DNA of 64,000 nt. It comes from an uncultured Gammaproteobacteria bacterium. Lineage in GTDB: Bacteria; Patescibacteriota; Microgenomatia; CAYXHB01; CAZYTL01. The notes under the pieces are model-generated. The model did no database searches. It worked only from the letters and a program-made list of their open reading frames with translations, and was not told the DNA's origin. Of this stretch, positions 9,112 through 18,619 are shown in pieces. Both the position numbers and the translations under genes were made by a program. The stretch covers positions 3,912 through 67,911 of the forward strand of contig CAZYTL010000004.1 in assembly GCA_964650355.1 (NCBI GenBank), given 5' to 3'. The stretch's first letter is position 1. The number at the start of each line of letters is the position of its first letter.

Positions 9112-9149
9112 CTAGAAACGTTTTCAATATGAGAGCGTAACCGAAACCA

Positions 9150-9257
9150 CTATTCATTCTTCCACCGTGGTAAAGTAGGCAGCATTTCGTCTGCCATCTG
9201 CTCTGCTTCTTCCCGGCTCTTCCCCATCAACTTCATGGCCGCACCTATACTTCCCAT
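9150..9257 (-). pseudogene. truncated duplicate of the C-terminal ~35 codons of the zinc-ribbon gene at 11335..11565
   Basis: Minus-strand translation gives MGSIGAAMKLMGKSREEAEQMADEMLPTLPRWKNE*, compared with ...GSIGAAMKLMGKSREEAEQMADEMLPNLPRWKNR* in the intact gene. There is ~88% nucleotide identity over ~105 bp. The N-terminal Cys-pair half is absent. Confidence 0.5.
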
Positions 9258-9262
9258 CCTAG
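9150..9262. repeat. direct repeat copy A (~88% identical to 11335-11447)
   Basis: Shared core ...gcatttc(g/a)tc(t/c)gccatctgctctgcttcttcccg(g/a)ctcttccccatca(a/g)cttcatggccgcacctatacttccc... Confidence 0.7.
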
Positions 9263-9280
9263 CCTCACAGTCATCCAAGA

Positions 9281-9457
9281 CTATTGCGGATTAACAGGAT
9301 TCACTGGATTCACCGGTTGCAGGGGTTGCACAGGTTGTACGGGTCTGACCGCTCCTGACCCATTACCAGGAATTTTTCCCCCGATTAAAAGGTAAATACC
9401 CAACACCAGTGCCACAAAAATTAACGCCGCCACAAAACCCAAACTGAATTGCTTCAT
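9281..9457 (-). CDS. 58-aa membrane-anchored peptide with C-terminal PVQ/PVN repeats (not in the ORF track)
   Basis: MKQFSLGFVAALIFVALVLGIYLLIGGKIPGNGSGAVRPVQPVQPLQPVNPVNPVNPQ. Its ATG overlaps the TGA of the metalloprotease gene (ATGA), indicating translational coupling. Confidence 0.4.
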   Translation of the reverse strand: MKQFSLGFVAALIFVALVLGIYLLIGGKIPGNGSGAVRPVQPVQPLQPVNPVNPVNPQ

Positions 9458-11205
9458 TTCTTATCACCATCCTTTCCGGCTTTTTCTAAATCTTGCTGGG
9501 ATTTAATTTCAAGATTCCCGATCACTTCCTTTAATCTTTTTTTATTTGCCAGAGCAAAATATGTTCCCAAAGCTAAACCCGCCATCACCGTGACACTTAA
9601 AAAGGCAATCATCAACTTCTTTACATCCAAACCTGACGACTTTTCGTTCCTGTTTTCTAGCGGTTCCCTTACCTGTTGATTAACGCTCATGTTTTCAGCC
9701 GGAGGTTGGTCGGTATAATTTTGAAATTCTTCTGTAGCTTGTGCCTTTTTAATCAAATCATCTGAAACCTTAAACACCACCAGTCTCCAGAAAGGCGGCT
9801 TTGTAAAAGTAAAGCTTTGACCTTGAAAATCAAACGCCACTTCTTTAGTTTCGCTACTCGGAACCTCAGCCAACATTACCCCGTTTGAATTTGCTGTAAT
9901 CTTCACATCTCCTAACGGCTTTAAAACTGCCAAATATCTTGAAGACAGCGGAGTTAAATTCTTGTCAACCATCACCCCAATCACTTCATTCGCATCTTGA
10001 GCTCTTCTCTGCTCTTCAGCCGTCCCGTCCTTATCCCTGATATTCATAAAGAATATCTTCGATTGGTAACTCTTGCCTTGATAATCTGCCTTTGCAATTA
10101 CATAGTAAGCCCCGTTTTTAAGCAAGTCCCTGCCGAAATTCAAAAAAGCGTTCCCATCCTGGTCAGTTTGAGTCGTCTTAGAAAAAACAACCTTACCATC
10201 AAGATCAAATACCTCCACAGATACCTGAGCGCTTAAACCCTTCTCGGTCTTGTCCTGATCCTGCGTATTCTGAACTCTGTCAAAAGTGTAAACATCAATC
10301 CCTTCCACTGTTGTATATGCCCACCAATGAGGAGATACGCCTAGATGAAATCCTGTTGAGCCTTTAGTAAAGGAAGCCGGCTGAGAAAAATACCATTCAT
10401 AAGCATCCTGGCCGTCAATTTTCCTGCCTGCACAAAGAGTCTTTATCAAATTCTTATAATCCTCTTCAGGAATCACTCTGTCCAAAAACAGAGACTTTTT
10501 GTTCACTATATAGTCTTCATAAATCTTATTATCCAACCGAACTTGAAAATCAGGATCTGAGTTGGAATCAGAACAACCGTACAATAAACCAAATGCCCCA
10601 ACCGTCAAGTCGTCATAAATTAAACTGTGATTTCTCCTTTGTTTATATCTGCCCAAACCTGATGTCCCTGCCAGTGTATCCTTGTCCATATACTGAGCCA
10701 AATACATTCCTGGCCTAGGCATCTCCCCTTTAATCCTCATCCAAGTGATCAGCTCTGTTGTTTTTGCCCACCCCTCATTAATCCAAGTATAAGGGAAGGT
10801 TACCACCATGTTGCCATAGGTATACATCGCATGAGCCAGCTCGTGAGTCACTACCTGTTCGATCGAATTAACCCCAGCCTCAGGGTCCACTTTCAGAAGA
10901 TCCTCATACGATCTCATCGGTGCCACCGTTAAAACAACTTGTTTATCAGCTGGAAACCAACCGCCACCGTGTTCCTCAATCTCTGGTCGGCCTTCCACTG
11001 TAAAAGTAAAAGACGAAAATGGCTCTCCGTGTATCCTTTTCATCTCTGGAAACGCCTTTTCAAAATAGCTCTTAAATTCCTGCCCGGGTAAATTACTACT
11101 CATTTCCCCAAAAGTCATCTCAGCCGACGGAGTCGCCCAAACATCAGGTACAATTAAAAAACCCAATAGAAAAATTAGAACCAAAATCGTCACCTTAAAT
11201 TTCAT
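9454..11205 (-). CDS. secreted, membrane-anchored zinc metallopeptidase (HExxH) with a carboxypeptidase-regulatory/Ig-like domain
   Basis: N-terminal signal peptide (MKFKVTILVLIFLLGFLIVPDVWA), VVTHELAHAMYTYGN HExxH motif, a beta-sandwich segment (SAQVSVEVFDLDGKVVFSKTTQTDQDGNAFLNF), and a C-terminal TM anchor (LMIAFLSVTVMAGLALGTYFALA). Confidence 0.65.
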   Translation of the reverse strand: MKFKVTILVLIFLLGFLIVPDVWATPSAEMTFGEMSSNLPGQEFKSYFEKAFPEMKRIHGEPFSSFTFTVEGRPEIEEHGGGWFPADKQVVLTVAPMRSYEDLLKVDPEAGVNSIEQVVTHELAHAMYTYGNMVVTFPYTWINEGWAKTTELITWMRIKGEMPRPGMYLAQYMDKDTLAGTSGLGRYKQRRNHSLIYDDLTVGAFGLLYGCSDSNSDPDFQVRLDNKIYEDYIVNKKSLFLDRVIPEEDYKNLIKTLCAGRKIDGQDAYEWYFSQPASFTKGSTGFHLGVSPHWWAYTTVEGIDVYTFDRVQNTQDQDKTEKGLSAQVSVEVFDLDGKVVFSKTTQTDQDGNAFLNFGRDLLKNGAYYVIAKADYQGKSYQSKIFFMNIRDKDGTAEEQRRAQDANEVIGVMVDKNLTPLSSRYLAVLKPLGDVKITANSNGVMLAEVPSSETKEVAFDFQGQSFTFTKPPFWRLVVFKVSDDLIKKAQATEEFQNYTDQPPAENMSVNQQVREPLENRNEKSSGLDVKKLMIAFLSVTVMAGLALGTYFALANKKRLKEVIGNLEIKSQQDLEKAGKDGDKK

Positions 11206-11334
11206 TCTTAATATCCAGTATGGACACTTTTGAGATCAAATATCAAGCCCTTGCCGCTTATGAAAGTTTTGAACTATTTACCCTCACGGTACTCAAATTG
11301 ACCGGATCTTAAAATAGCTTCTGAGCAAACTTGC

Positions 11335-11447
11335 CTACCTATTCTTCCATCTGGGTAAATTGGGTAGCATTTCATCCGCCATCTGCTCTGCTTCTTCCCG
11401 ACTCTTCCCCATCAGCTTCATGGCCGCACCTATACTTCCCTTCCTCA
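11335..11447. repeat. direct repeat copy B (the 3' end of the zinc-ribbon gene)
   Basis: See copy A. Same orientation. The two copies flank the metalloprotease gene. Confidence 0.7.
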
Positions 11448-11565
11448 CCTGTTCATAAGTCCTTAATTCACCGCTTTCCTGATCCTGACAATAAATACAA
11501 TACCTCTCATCCATCTTGGATTTAGATTCATCATCCAGTGGCATCCCGCAACTTTCACAATTCAT
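11335..11565 (-). CDS. small zinc-ribbon protein (PF12674-like putative zinc ribbon family)
   Basis: 76 aa with CESCGMPL...YCIYCQD (two CxxC pairs) and a C-terminal ...EEAEQMADEMLPNLPRW tail. AAGGAGG SD precedes the ATG. Confidence 0.6.
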   Translation of the reverse strand: MNCESCGMPLDDESKSKMDERYCIYCQDQESGELRTYEQVRKGSIGAAMKLMGKSREEAEQMADEMLPNLPRWKNR

Positions 11566-11718
11566 TTTTACCTCCTTTCTAAATCTTATTTAATTCTTAA
11601 TTTACATTTTACAAACATACTACACAAATTATCACCTGGCCGCACTTTCACCCGCCTCAACCCAACTCTCCAACAGATTAAATCTTAAAATCCTTCTTCC
11701 TCTTACTTTTCACTAATC

Positions 11719-13776
11719 TCATTCAGTCCACACCGCCCGAAAACTATCCTCTATATCCAACCCCGCACCATAAATAGCCCCCATTCCTAGATTAAATGCC
11801 AAAGCTCCTACCCTCCTTCTTAAGGAATAGCCTCTCATCTTAATCATCCGTTTAACTATCTCTCTGGGTGAATAAAACGCTTTGTTAACCAAATTGGCAG
11901 CTTCAGTATCTGCTTTGCTACAAACATTTTCTAGACGATACGCCAGCATTTCCCTATCGCCTACAGCTGTTCTGGGTACTCCCGGGCTACCTGGTATTCT
12001 GACTCTGGGAAACACCCCCACAGCATGAATACCCAAACTGGTTAACCACTCTGCCATTTCCTTTGGAGAATGACCATCTAATCCCGTAATCGCCGTGCCA
12101 ATTACCAATAACCCCGCAGATCTCACCACCTTCAACCATTCAGCATACTTATCGGATTGCTTTTTGGCTGTCCCTTTTATTCTGCCCGGATGTTCCAATC
12201 CGCATAACGCTCCTGAAACAGTTTGCCTCAGTAAATCCGGCTCCCGAAGGGCAACCTCTGCCAACGTAGACAAATCCGCCTGCATCAGCATCTTTTTACC
12301 CATCGTTTGGAATATAGATAAATATTCCTCAACTGCGTGTTCGTTATCTCTACCGACCGCTAAAAAATTTTGTGACACCTCCAATACATGAGGCTGGAGC
12401 ATCGCTTGAAGTTGTCGTGCTAAACTTTCTGGCGGTATCCTGCGTGGCTCACGGCCTATCGCCATCACCGTAGAACAAAAATTACATCCCTCTGTACAAC
12501 CGCATGAAATATGTGTTTCCCCTAAAACACTTGGTACTTCCCAAATTCTTCCCCGCAACAAAATCGGTGACCTCACTCTGACTTCATGTTCCACCCGTCT
12601 GGATAATTGCCCACCTGTTTCTCTCTCTGGTGAATAATACTCATTCCGATCCACCCACACAGGCAGCTTTAGATCTACCTGATATAAATTTCCACCTTCA
12701 TCGCCTTGCCGTATCTGATAACCCCCACCTTGATCCTCAGTTAAATCAGTACCCCCTCGCCGTAAAACAAAACGCTGATCTGATTCAGCCTTCCTGTATA
12801 AACCTAAAATCGCCGGTACCGCCCCTTCCAATTCTCCTATAAATACATCCGCGTTCGTATTATTAATCACCGCTTGCGGGTCAATCGTCGCTGCCAGTCC
12901 ACCAATGATTACCCGACCGGGAATTTTTAGCTCTCTTAAATGCGGCACGTCAGACATCAGAGCCCCGGTTACCCACACTATATCACCATCTCGAGCCTCT
13001 ACTCGACCATTAATTGCATCTGAAAATGTCCAGTGTTGAATTTTTCTACAACCATTTTCCTCCAATTCAGCAGCTAGAACCGAAGCCCCTAAATAAGGAA
13101 TCGCCGTCGCTTGGAGAAAAGTCTTTGTCATACTTCGAGCCACCCCTAAAATCCTCTTACCCCCGGGCAATTTACTAAATCGATCCAGCCTGGTATGTTC
13201 TACTAATCGATCGGACTTGGGTGAAGCTTGATGAGCTATAATGTGCATCGTCGGTATCCCCGGTTCCTGACCATCTTCCCCCCGCGTATTCAATTGATGG
13301 TCAAGGATCGAATACACCCATCTCAGACCATCATCAGATCCGTTACTTCCGTTCAATAAACCAGCCATAACTTTATCGGTTTCTGGCAAACCTCCCAATT
13401 TACCCAAAATCCCCTTATCAGAAGTAATCCGTTTTATCACGGACGTCAGTAATCTCGGTTCAATATTAGGGAATAGTCTCCGGAGATGCTCATCATTGCC
13501 TGTATTTAGGTAACTACTGATGGCTGACTTAAAATGTATCAACCTCAGACCAGGCTCCACGGGTTGGATGGCTTTATCCGGGTCAAACACATACTGCACT
13601 TCTGTTCCACCCTTTTGTAACACTAGCTCACAACAATAACTCGTCCAATTAACCTGCCCTCGTTCCCTTTCTGATAATTCAGGATCAACTTCCACCAAAC
13701 CCGCCTTTCTCAACGCCCAATCCGCCATCCAATTCTTAGCCCTTTCAACAGTTTGCCTCGCCATAGCGTTCCACAA
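11719..13776 (-). CDS. B12-binding-domain radical SAM protein with ~230-aa N-terminal extension
   Basis: CxxxCxxC at ...ISCGCTEGCNFCS... and an upstream Rossmann-like RVIIGGLAATIDP...FIGELEG segment typical of cobalamin-binding rSAM enzymes. 685 aa. Confidence 0.7.
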   Translation of the reverse strand: MWNAMARQTVERAKNWMADWALRKAGLVEVDPELSERERGQVNWTSYCCELVLQKGGTEVQYVFDPDKAIQPVEPGLRLIHFKSAISSYLNTGNDEHLRRLFPNIEPRLLTSVIKRITSDKGILGKLGGLPETDKVMAGLLNGSNGSDDGLRWVYSILDHQLNTRGEDGQEPGIPTMHIIAHQASPKSDRLVEHTRLDRFSKLPGGKRILGVARSMTKTFLQATAIPYLGASVLAAELEENGCRKIQHWTFSDAINGRVEARDGDIVWVTGALMSDVPHLRELKIPGRVIIGGLAATIDPQAVINNTNADVFIGELEGAVPAILGLYRKAESDQRFVLRRGGTDLTEDQGGGYQIRQGDEGGNLYQVDLKLPVWVDRNEYYSPERETGGQLSRRVEHEVRVRSPILLRGRIWEVPSVLGETHISCGCTEGCNFCSTVMAIGREPRRIPPESLARQLQAMLQPHVLEVSQNFLAVGRDNEHAVEEYLSIFQTMGKKMLMQADLSTLAEVALREPDLLRQTVSGALCGLEHPGRIKGTAKKQSDKYAEWLKVVRSAGLLVIGTAITGLDGHSPKEMAEWLTSLGIHAVGVFPRVRIPGSPGVPRTAVGDREMLAYRLENVCSKADTEAANLVNKAFYSPREIVKRMIKMRGYSLRRRVGALAFNLGMGAIYGAGLDIEDSFRAVWTE

Positions 13777-13849
13777 TTATACCCTATAGTCGGGAAAGTT
13801 CATAGCCACTACCCAAACCTTCATCTATAAAGTTTGGTAAAATGAGAGC

Positions 13850-14824
13850 ATGAAATATTCAGAGAGACTAGGCGAAATCTCAAACCAACAACTACAAAAA
13901 GCTTTGGACACATTTTCTCTGGGAAAATTTGTCAAAGCTGAACCCATCAATCAAGGAGTGTTTGGCCAAAACCTCTTTCTAACTAGTACCAAAGGCGAAT
14001 TTGTTCTCCGCGGCGTCCCTCATTATTCCTGGCAATTTAAGAACGAAAAATTATTTGTCGACCTCTTAAAACAACACACCCAAGTCCCTGTCCCCTGGCC
14101 ATATCTTTTAGACGAATCCGAAGATATTTTTGGTTGGAGCTATGTCATCATGCCCAGGCTTAAAGGTCATCAGCTCTCTGATTCCGACCTGGCTCCCTTC
14201 CCCGACCACCAACTTAAAGATATCGCCAAAGCCCAAGGAATAATGCTCGCCGAAGCCCAAAAATTAACCCGGGACTATTGTGGTAAATACGATGAACAGA
14301 CTAACAGCATAAAAAAATTTGAGAGACCGTACTTTGAGTGGCTTAAAGACAACATCTTTGCCTGGCTGAAAAAAGCTCAGACTTATAACCATAAAACTAC
14401 CAAGGCCGACTTTAAATGGATCGAACAGCAGTTTGACCACGCCAACGAGTGGTTATCCAACAATTTTCAACCTTGTTTTGTCATGCAAGACTACAAACCC
14501 GGAAACATGGTCATTGATAAAATTGATAACCAGTGGCAGGTCACCGGCTTATTTGACTTAATGGAATCATACTTTGGCCATCCAGAAACCGACATCTCAA
14601 GAATGTTTTGTGTCTATGTCAATTTGGGAAGAAAAGACTTGGCTAAAATTTTTGTTAATACCTACCTAAACGAAACACACAACTCAGACGGATTTTATGA
14701 AAGATTCCCCCTTTTTATGATCCACGACCGCGCCATCATTTGGGAATGGGCCCAGCGAACCAACCGAGTCTGGTGGGACAAAACACTCAACTTTGAACAA
14801 TGGACAAAGACCTTCCTAATCTGA
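13850..14824 (+). CDS. phosphotransferase family protein (APH/choline-kinase-like kinase fold)
   Basis: Catalytic-loop-like MQDYKPGNMVID, DFG-like GLFD, and kinase N-lobe pattern (FVLRG...). Confidence 0.6.
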   Translation: MKYSERLGEISNQQLQKALDTFSLGKFVKAEPINQGVFGQNLFLTSTKGEFVLRGVPHYSWQFKNEKLFVDLLKQHTQVPVPWPYLLDESEDIFGWSYVIMPRLKGHQLSDSDLAPFPDHQLKDIAKAQGIMLAEAQKLTRDYCGKYDEQTNSIKKFERPYFEWLKDNIFAWLKKAQTYNHKTTKADFKWIEQQFDHANEWLSNNFQPCFVMQDYKPGNMVIDKIDNQWQVTGLFDLMESYFGHPETDISRMFCVYVNLGRKDLAKIFVNTYLNETHNSDGFYERFPLFMIHDRAIIWEWAQRTNRVWWDKTLNFEQWTKTFLI

Positions 14825-14881
14825 AGCAACTACCCAAGCGCATCTCCTTCAACTCCCTCCAAAACCTGCTAAAATATCCTT

Positions 14882-15376
14882 ATGAAACTCGCCATCTTAA
14901 GCGACAGCCATGACCAATGGGATAATCTGGAAAAAGCCGTTGCTATAGCCAACAAAATGGATTGCCAGGTCATCCTTTTCGCCGGCGACTTGGTCTGCCC
15001 TCCCGGCATCTCCATCCTGGAAAAATTCAAGGGTCAGGTTAAATTCGTCTGGGGAAACAATGAAGGAGAGAAAATGAACATGACCCACAAATTTGACGCC
15101 TCCAAAAACATCCAACTCTGCGGCGATATCTTCGAAGACGCCGTAGATGGCGTTAACATCTTCATGAACCACTACCCTCGCATAGCCGAATTAGCAGCCA
15201 AGTCAGGAGAATTCGACCTCTGCATCTTTGGCCACACCCACGAATACCATCAGCAAACCACTGGCCACTGCCTCTTGCTTAACCCCGGCGCAATCCAAGG
15301 CTCCAAAACCACCCCGCCCACCTTTACCATCTACGACACCCAAACCAAAAAAGCTAAAAAAATCACCCTCAAATAA
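14882..15376 (+). CDS. metallophosphoesterase, YfcE/MJ0936 family
   Basis: LAILSDSHD, FAGDLV, GNNEGE and IFGHTHE motifs. Confidence 0.75.
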   Translation: MKLAILSDSHDQWDNLEKAVAIANKMDCQVILFAGDLVCPPGISILEKFKGQVKFVWGNNEGEKMNMTHKFDASKNIQLCGDIFEDAVDGVNIFMNHYPRIAELAAKSGEFDLCIFGHTHEYHQQTTGHCLLLNPGAIQGSKTTPPTFTIYDTQTKKAKKITLK

Positions 15377-15390
15377 ACCTTAGCCTTCTC

Positions 15391-17046
15391 CTATTTATGA
15401 ATCACAATACTCCCTCCTCCAATCTCTGTTGCCGGATCATCCGTATCTGAAGCTCCCACCTGATTGTCATACACGACCTCCCCTGTCTCCCGATTCCATA
15501 TCTTCATCCTCAACTTATCTGTCTCCCCTCCTCCAGGTAGTTGCCCGTCTATCGCTGTCAGCATAAACCCATATCCCTCCTCGCCGTTGATCGCCCCAGT
15601 CCCCTTAAACTGTGCTTTCGGACCGGCCATCACCAGCCATTGATACTCACTACTGTGGAAATTCAAATCCGCTATCTTAAACTGAAATTCAGTATTCCCT
15701 GTCGGTACCACCGCCCCTTTCTTATACTTGGCCACCATTCCGAAATTTGCTACCCCACTCAATAATGGATCCGCCGCATATGCCCCCTCCGGTGAATTGA
15801 TCCATCCTCCGCCGGTGACAAACCCTCCCTCAGGATCATACACCACCACATACTGGTAGGTAGCTGTCCCTGCACCTCCATCATCGTCAGTTACTGTCAC
15901 TTCCACCGTGTACACTCCTGCCGCTCCATAAACATGACTCCCGCTTACCACCCCCGACCCATTGGTCTCTGTTACCACACCAGTAGAATTTGTCCCGTCT
16001 CCCCAACCCCAACTCGCTGTATGCGTGTCCGACGTGTCAGGGTCTACAAACTCTGCAGAAGCATTAACCCCGGTATTCACCGGAATTAGGGCTTCAGAGA
16101 GCACAATTCCACTTACTGTCGGAGGTTGATTCATCCGCGGTCCTCCCCACACCGGCCCAAAATCTCTAGCACCATTACTAGTCACCCGAGTTTGATTAGT
16201 TCCATCCACATTCATCACGTAAATCTCATCATTACCATCTCTATTTGATTCAAATGCCAAACGTGTCCCATCCAGAGACCAAACAGGGTTCGCATCCACT
16301 GCCGTATTGTATGTCAATCGGGTTTGATTAGTCCCATCCGCATTCATTACATAGATTTCCCACTCGACGCCATCCCTTCGAGATTGAAATGCTATTTTAG
16401 TACCGTCCGGAGACCAGATAAATTCTGCATCAGGCAAATTACCGATCAACACATGCTTATTACTACCATCCGGATTCATCAACCATGCTTCACCAACAGT
16501 ATCCAAGCGCCTATTCGTATATAAAATCTGTGTTCCATCAGGCGACCAAGACGGACTGTAATTATCATGCCAGGCAACACTTACCAGCTGCGTCAAACCG
16601 GTCCCATTAGCATTTACTGAATAAATGGCCTGCCAACCAATATCAATATTAAATACCAGTTTATTTCCATCCGGAGACCATGCCGGAACATGCTGGTTTC
16701 CAGCAGGTGCTGGGGAAGTTACCAGTGGGTGCCGATTACTACCATCAGAACTCATCACATACAAAACTCCATTTACCGAATACGCGAGTTTTGTTCCATC
16801 AGGCGACCATGCTGGATTCGTATTCTTATTACCATCATCAGTCAATAATTGCAAATGACACTCATCCCCGTCCATCACAAAGATCTGATAATTGCCATTC
16901 CGATTAGAAGTAAACGTAATTGTGCCACCGCCCGGGATAGGATTGGATGCGCACGCCTCTGCTCCTTGGACAACGACTGGTTTAACTAAAATAAATGAAG
17001 ACAACACCAAAGCTATCAAAAAACAGGTCTTACCTAAAAACTTCAT
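15391..17046 (-). CDS. secreted TolB-like beta-propeller protein with PKD domain
   Basis: Signal peptide from the internal Met (MKFLGKTCFLIALVLSSFILVKPVVVQGA), so the track ORF start at 17124 is probably too far upstream. Multiple WSPDG blades and a PKD-like segment (ASWGWGDGT...TVEVTVTDDDGG). Confidence 0.7.
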   Translation of the reverse strand: MKFLGKTCFLIALVLSSFILVKPVVVQGAEACASNPIPGGGTITFTSNRNGNYQIFVMDGDECHLQLLTDDGNKNTNPAWSPDGTKLAYSVNGVLYVMSSDGSNRHPLVTSPAPAGNQHVPAWSPDGNKLVFNIDIGWQAIYSVNANGTGLTQLVSVAWHDNYSPSWSPDGTQILYTNRRLDTVGEAWLMNPDGSNKHVLIGNLPDAEFIWSPDGTKIAFQSRRDGVEWEIYVMNADGTNQTRLTYNTAVDANPVWSLDGTRLAFESNRDGNDEIYVMNVDGTNQTRVTSNGARDFGPVWGGPRMNQPPTVSGIVLSEALIPVNTGVNASAEFVDPDTSDTHTASWGWGDGTNSTGVVTETNGSGVVSGSHVYGAAGVYTVEVTVTDDDGGAGTATYQYVVVYDPEGGFVTGGGWINSPEGAYAADPLLSGVANFGMVAKYKKGAVVPTGNTEFQFKIADLNFHSSEYQWLVMAGPKAQFKGTGAINGEEGYGFMLTAIDGQLPGGGETDKLRMKIWNRETGEVVYDNQVGASDTDDPATEIGGGSIVIHK

Positions 17047-17221
17047 ACCAAAATATTCTGGAACTCTAAATAAACCACCTGTCAATCCCATAAACAGCAT
17101 AAACCTCGTCCCACAGATTGTCAAGATGGTTCCATCATAATAACTACAACCCTTCCTTTAAAGACTTCTCTACCCCCTAAAAAGATATTCAGTTTATAAC
17201 CACCGTGCTATATTAAAATTA

Positions 17222-18226
17222 GTGAAAAAATTTCTATTAAATTTAGCATATATCTTCTTATTTGTTCTGGTTGCCTTATTCTTCTATTTTCGTGTTCCTC
17301 AATCTGCCCGCTTGCTTCATCAGCGCATCAACCAGTCAAATCCCAATATCTTGGATGACCAGCGTTTGCAACTCTCTCAGGACTATGCAGACTTCTTAGC
17401 TGCCGACCTACCCAAAGATCCGGGCCAGCCACCCACACTACTCCACCTTTTTATTGGCAAACAACGCAGCCTCATCAACTTGCGCCTCCAACAAGCCCTT
17501 CAGGAAATCCAAACTACTCCCGTCGCCTCGGGACATATCCGCATCTGGAGCATGATTAATATGGGAGTCGTAGCCAAAACCTCTAATAAAATCATCGCTT
17601 TTGACGTAGCCGACATGCCCCTTTCCCAAGCCCAGAAACCATTAGCCCGAATCGCGGACGTATTCGTCGTCTCTCACGGAGACACTGACCATTATGACAC
17701 CGAACTCCTCAAACAGGCTTTGGCTAACAACAAACAAGTAGCTTTTCTTGAAGGTCTGGAATTATCCATTCAGTCCCCCAACATGCATTCGCTCACCAGC
17801 GGCCAGCCTATCGACCTTGACGGAGTCAAAGTCACCGCCTTCCAAACCGACCATCGCTTAGACAGAAGCTTCATCGAACCCAGCGCCTGGCTGTTAGTCG
17901 AAGTTGACGGCTTTAAACTCCTCCACACCGGGGATGGCGTTGAGTTTAAAAATAAAACAGAAAGACAACACCTTAATCAGGAAAACGACATTGATATCTT
18001 TCTAGTTAACGCCCAGATCCATCCCTATGACATCAGAGACATCCATCCTCATGTAGCCGTTCCCCTGCACCTATATAAATTCGTTCACAATCGTGAAGAG
18101 CTTGGAAATAGCACCTTTAACAGCGTCATGAGTATTTACGCCAAATACCCCAACGACCTCAAAGGCATCCCCATCGAATGGCTCTTCAACGGTGAAAGCT
18201 CTGAGTACCCACTCTCCAAAAACTAA
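17222..18226 (+). CDS. membrane-anchored metallo-hydrolase (MBL-fold-like) protein
   Basis: N-terminal TM segment. FVVSHGDTDHYD (HxDxDH-like) and LHTGDG segments. Confidence 0.4.
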   Translation: MKKFLLNLAYIFLFVLVALFFYFRVPQSARLLHQRINQSNPNILDDQRLQLSQDYADFLAADLPKDPGQPPTLLHLFIGKQRSLINLRLQQALQEIQTTPVASGHIRIWSMINMGVVAKTSNKIIAFDVADMPLSQAQKPLARIADVFVVSHGDTDHYDTELLKQALANNKQVAFLEGLELSIQSPNMHSLTSGQPIDLDGVKVTAFQTDHRLDRSFIEPSAWLLVEVDGFKLLHTGDGVEFKNKTERQHLNQENDIDIFLVNAQIHPYDIRDIHPHVAVPLHLYKFVHNREELGNSTFNSVMSIYAKYPNDLKGIPIEWLFNGESSEYPLSKN

Positions 18227-18247
18227 ACATCCCGCTATAATGAAACT

Positions 18248-18619
18248 ATGACCATCCAATTACTCAAAGACACCGTCGGCTGGGGCTTTCTTCTTTGGCT
18301 CATCGGCTACGCTCTGGGTATTCTCTTTTTCACCTTCGTACCTCCCAATCTCATTGGCTGGCTCATCATGCCCATCGGCATTGCCATCGCCCTCTGGGTG
18401 TTGATTAAAAAGATCAAACATCAGCCAATTTCACACTATTTACTCATCGCCATTTCTTGGACCTTAATCGCCGTCATCTTCGACTACTTCTTTCTCGTCC
18501 AAGCCTTCCAGCCCGAGGACGGCTACTACAAACCCGACGTCTACTTATACTACGCTCTCACCTTTCTTCTTCCTCTTCTGGTTGGTTGGCGTCAGAACTC
18601 TCTAGTTCGCCATCTTTAA
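18248..18619 (+). CDS. small integral membrane protein (3-4 TM)
   Basis: Hydrophobic helices. Overlaps the 3' end of ksgA on the opposite strand. Confidence 0.45.
   Translation: MTIQLLKDTVGWGFLLWLIGYALGILFFTFVPPNLIGWLIMPIGIAIALWVLIKKIKHQPISHYLLIAISWTLIAVIFDYFFLVQAFQPEDGYYKPDVYLYYALTFLLPLLVGWRQNSLVRHL

Noticed and set aside
9454-13776. 
   Set aside because: 
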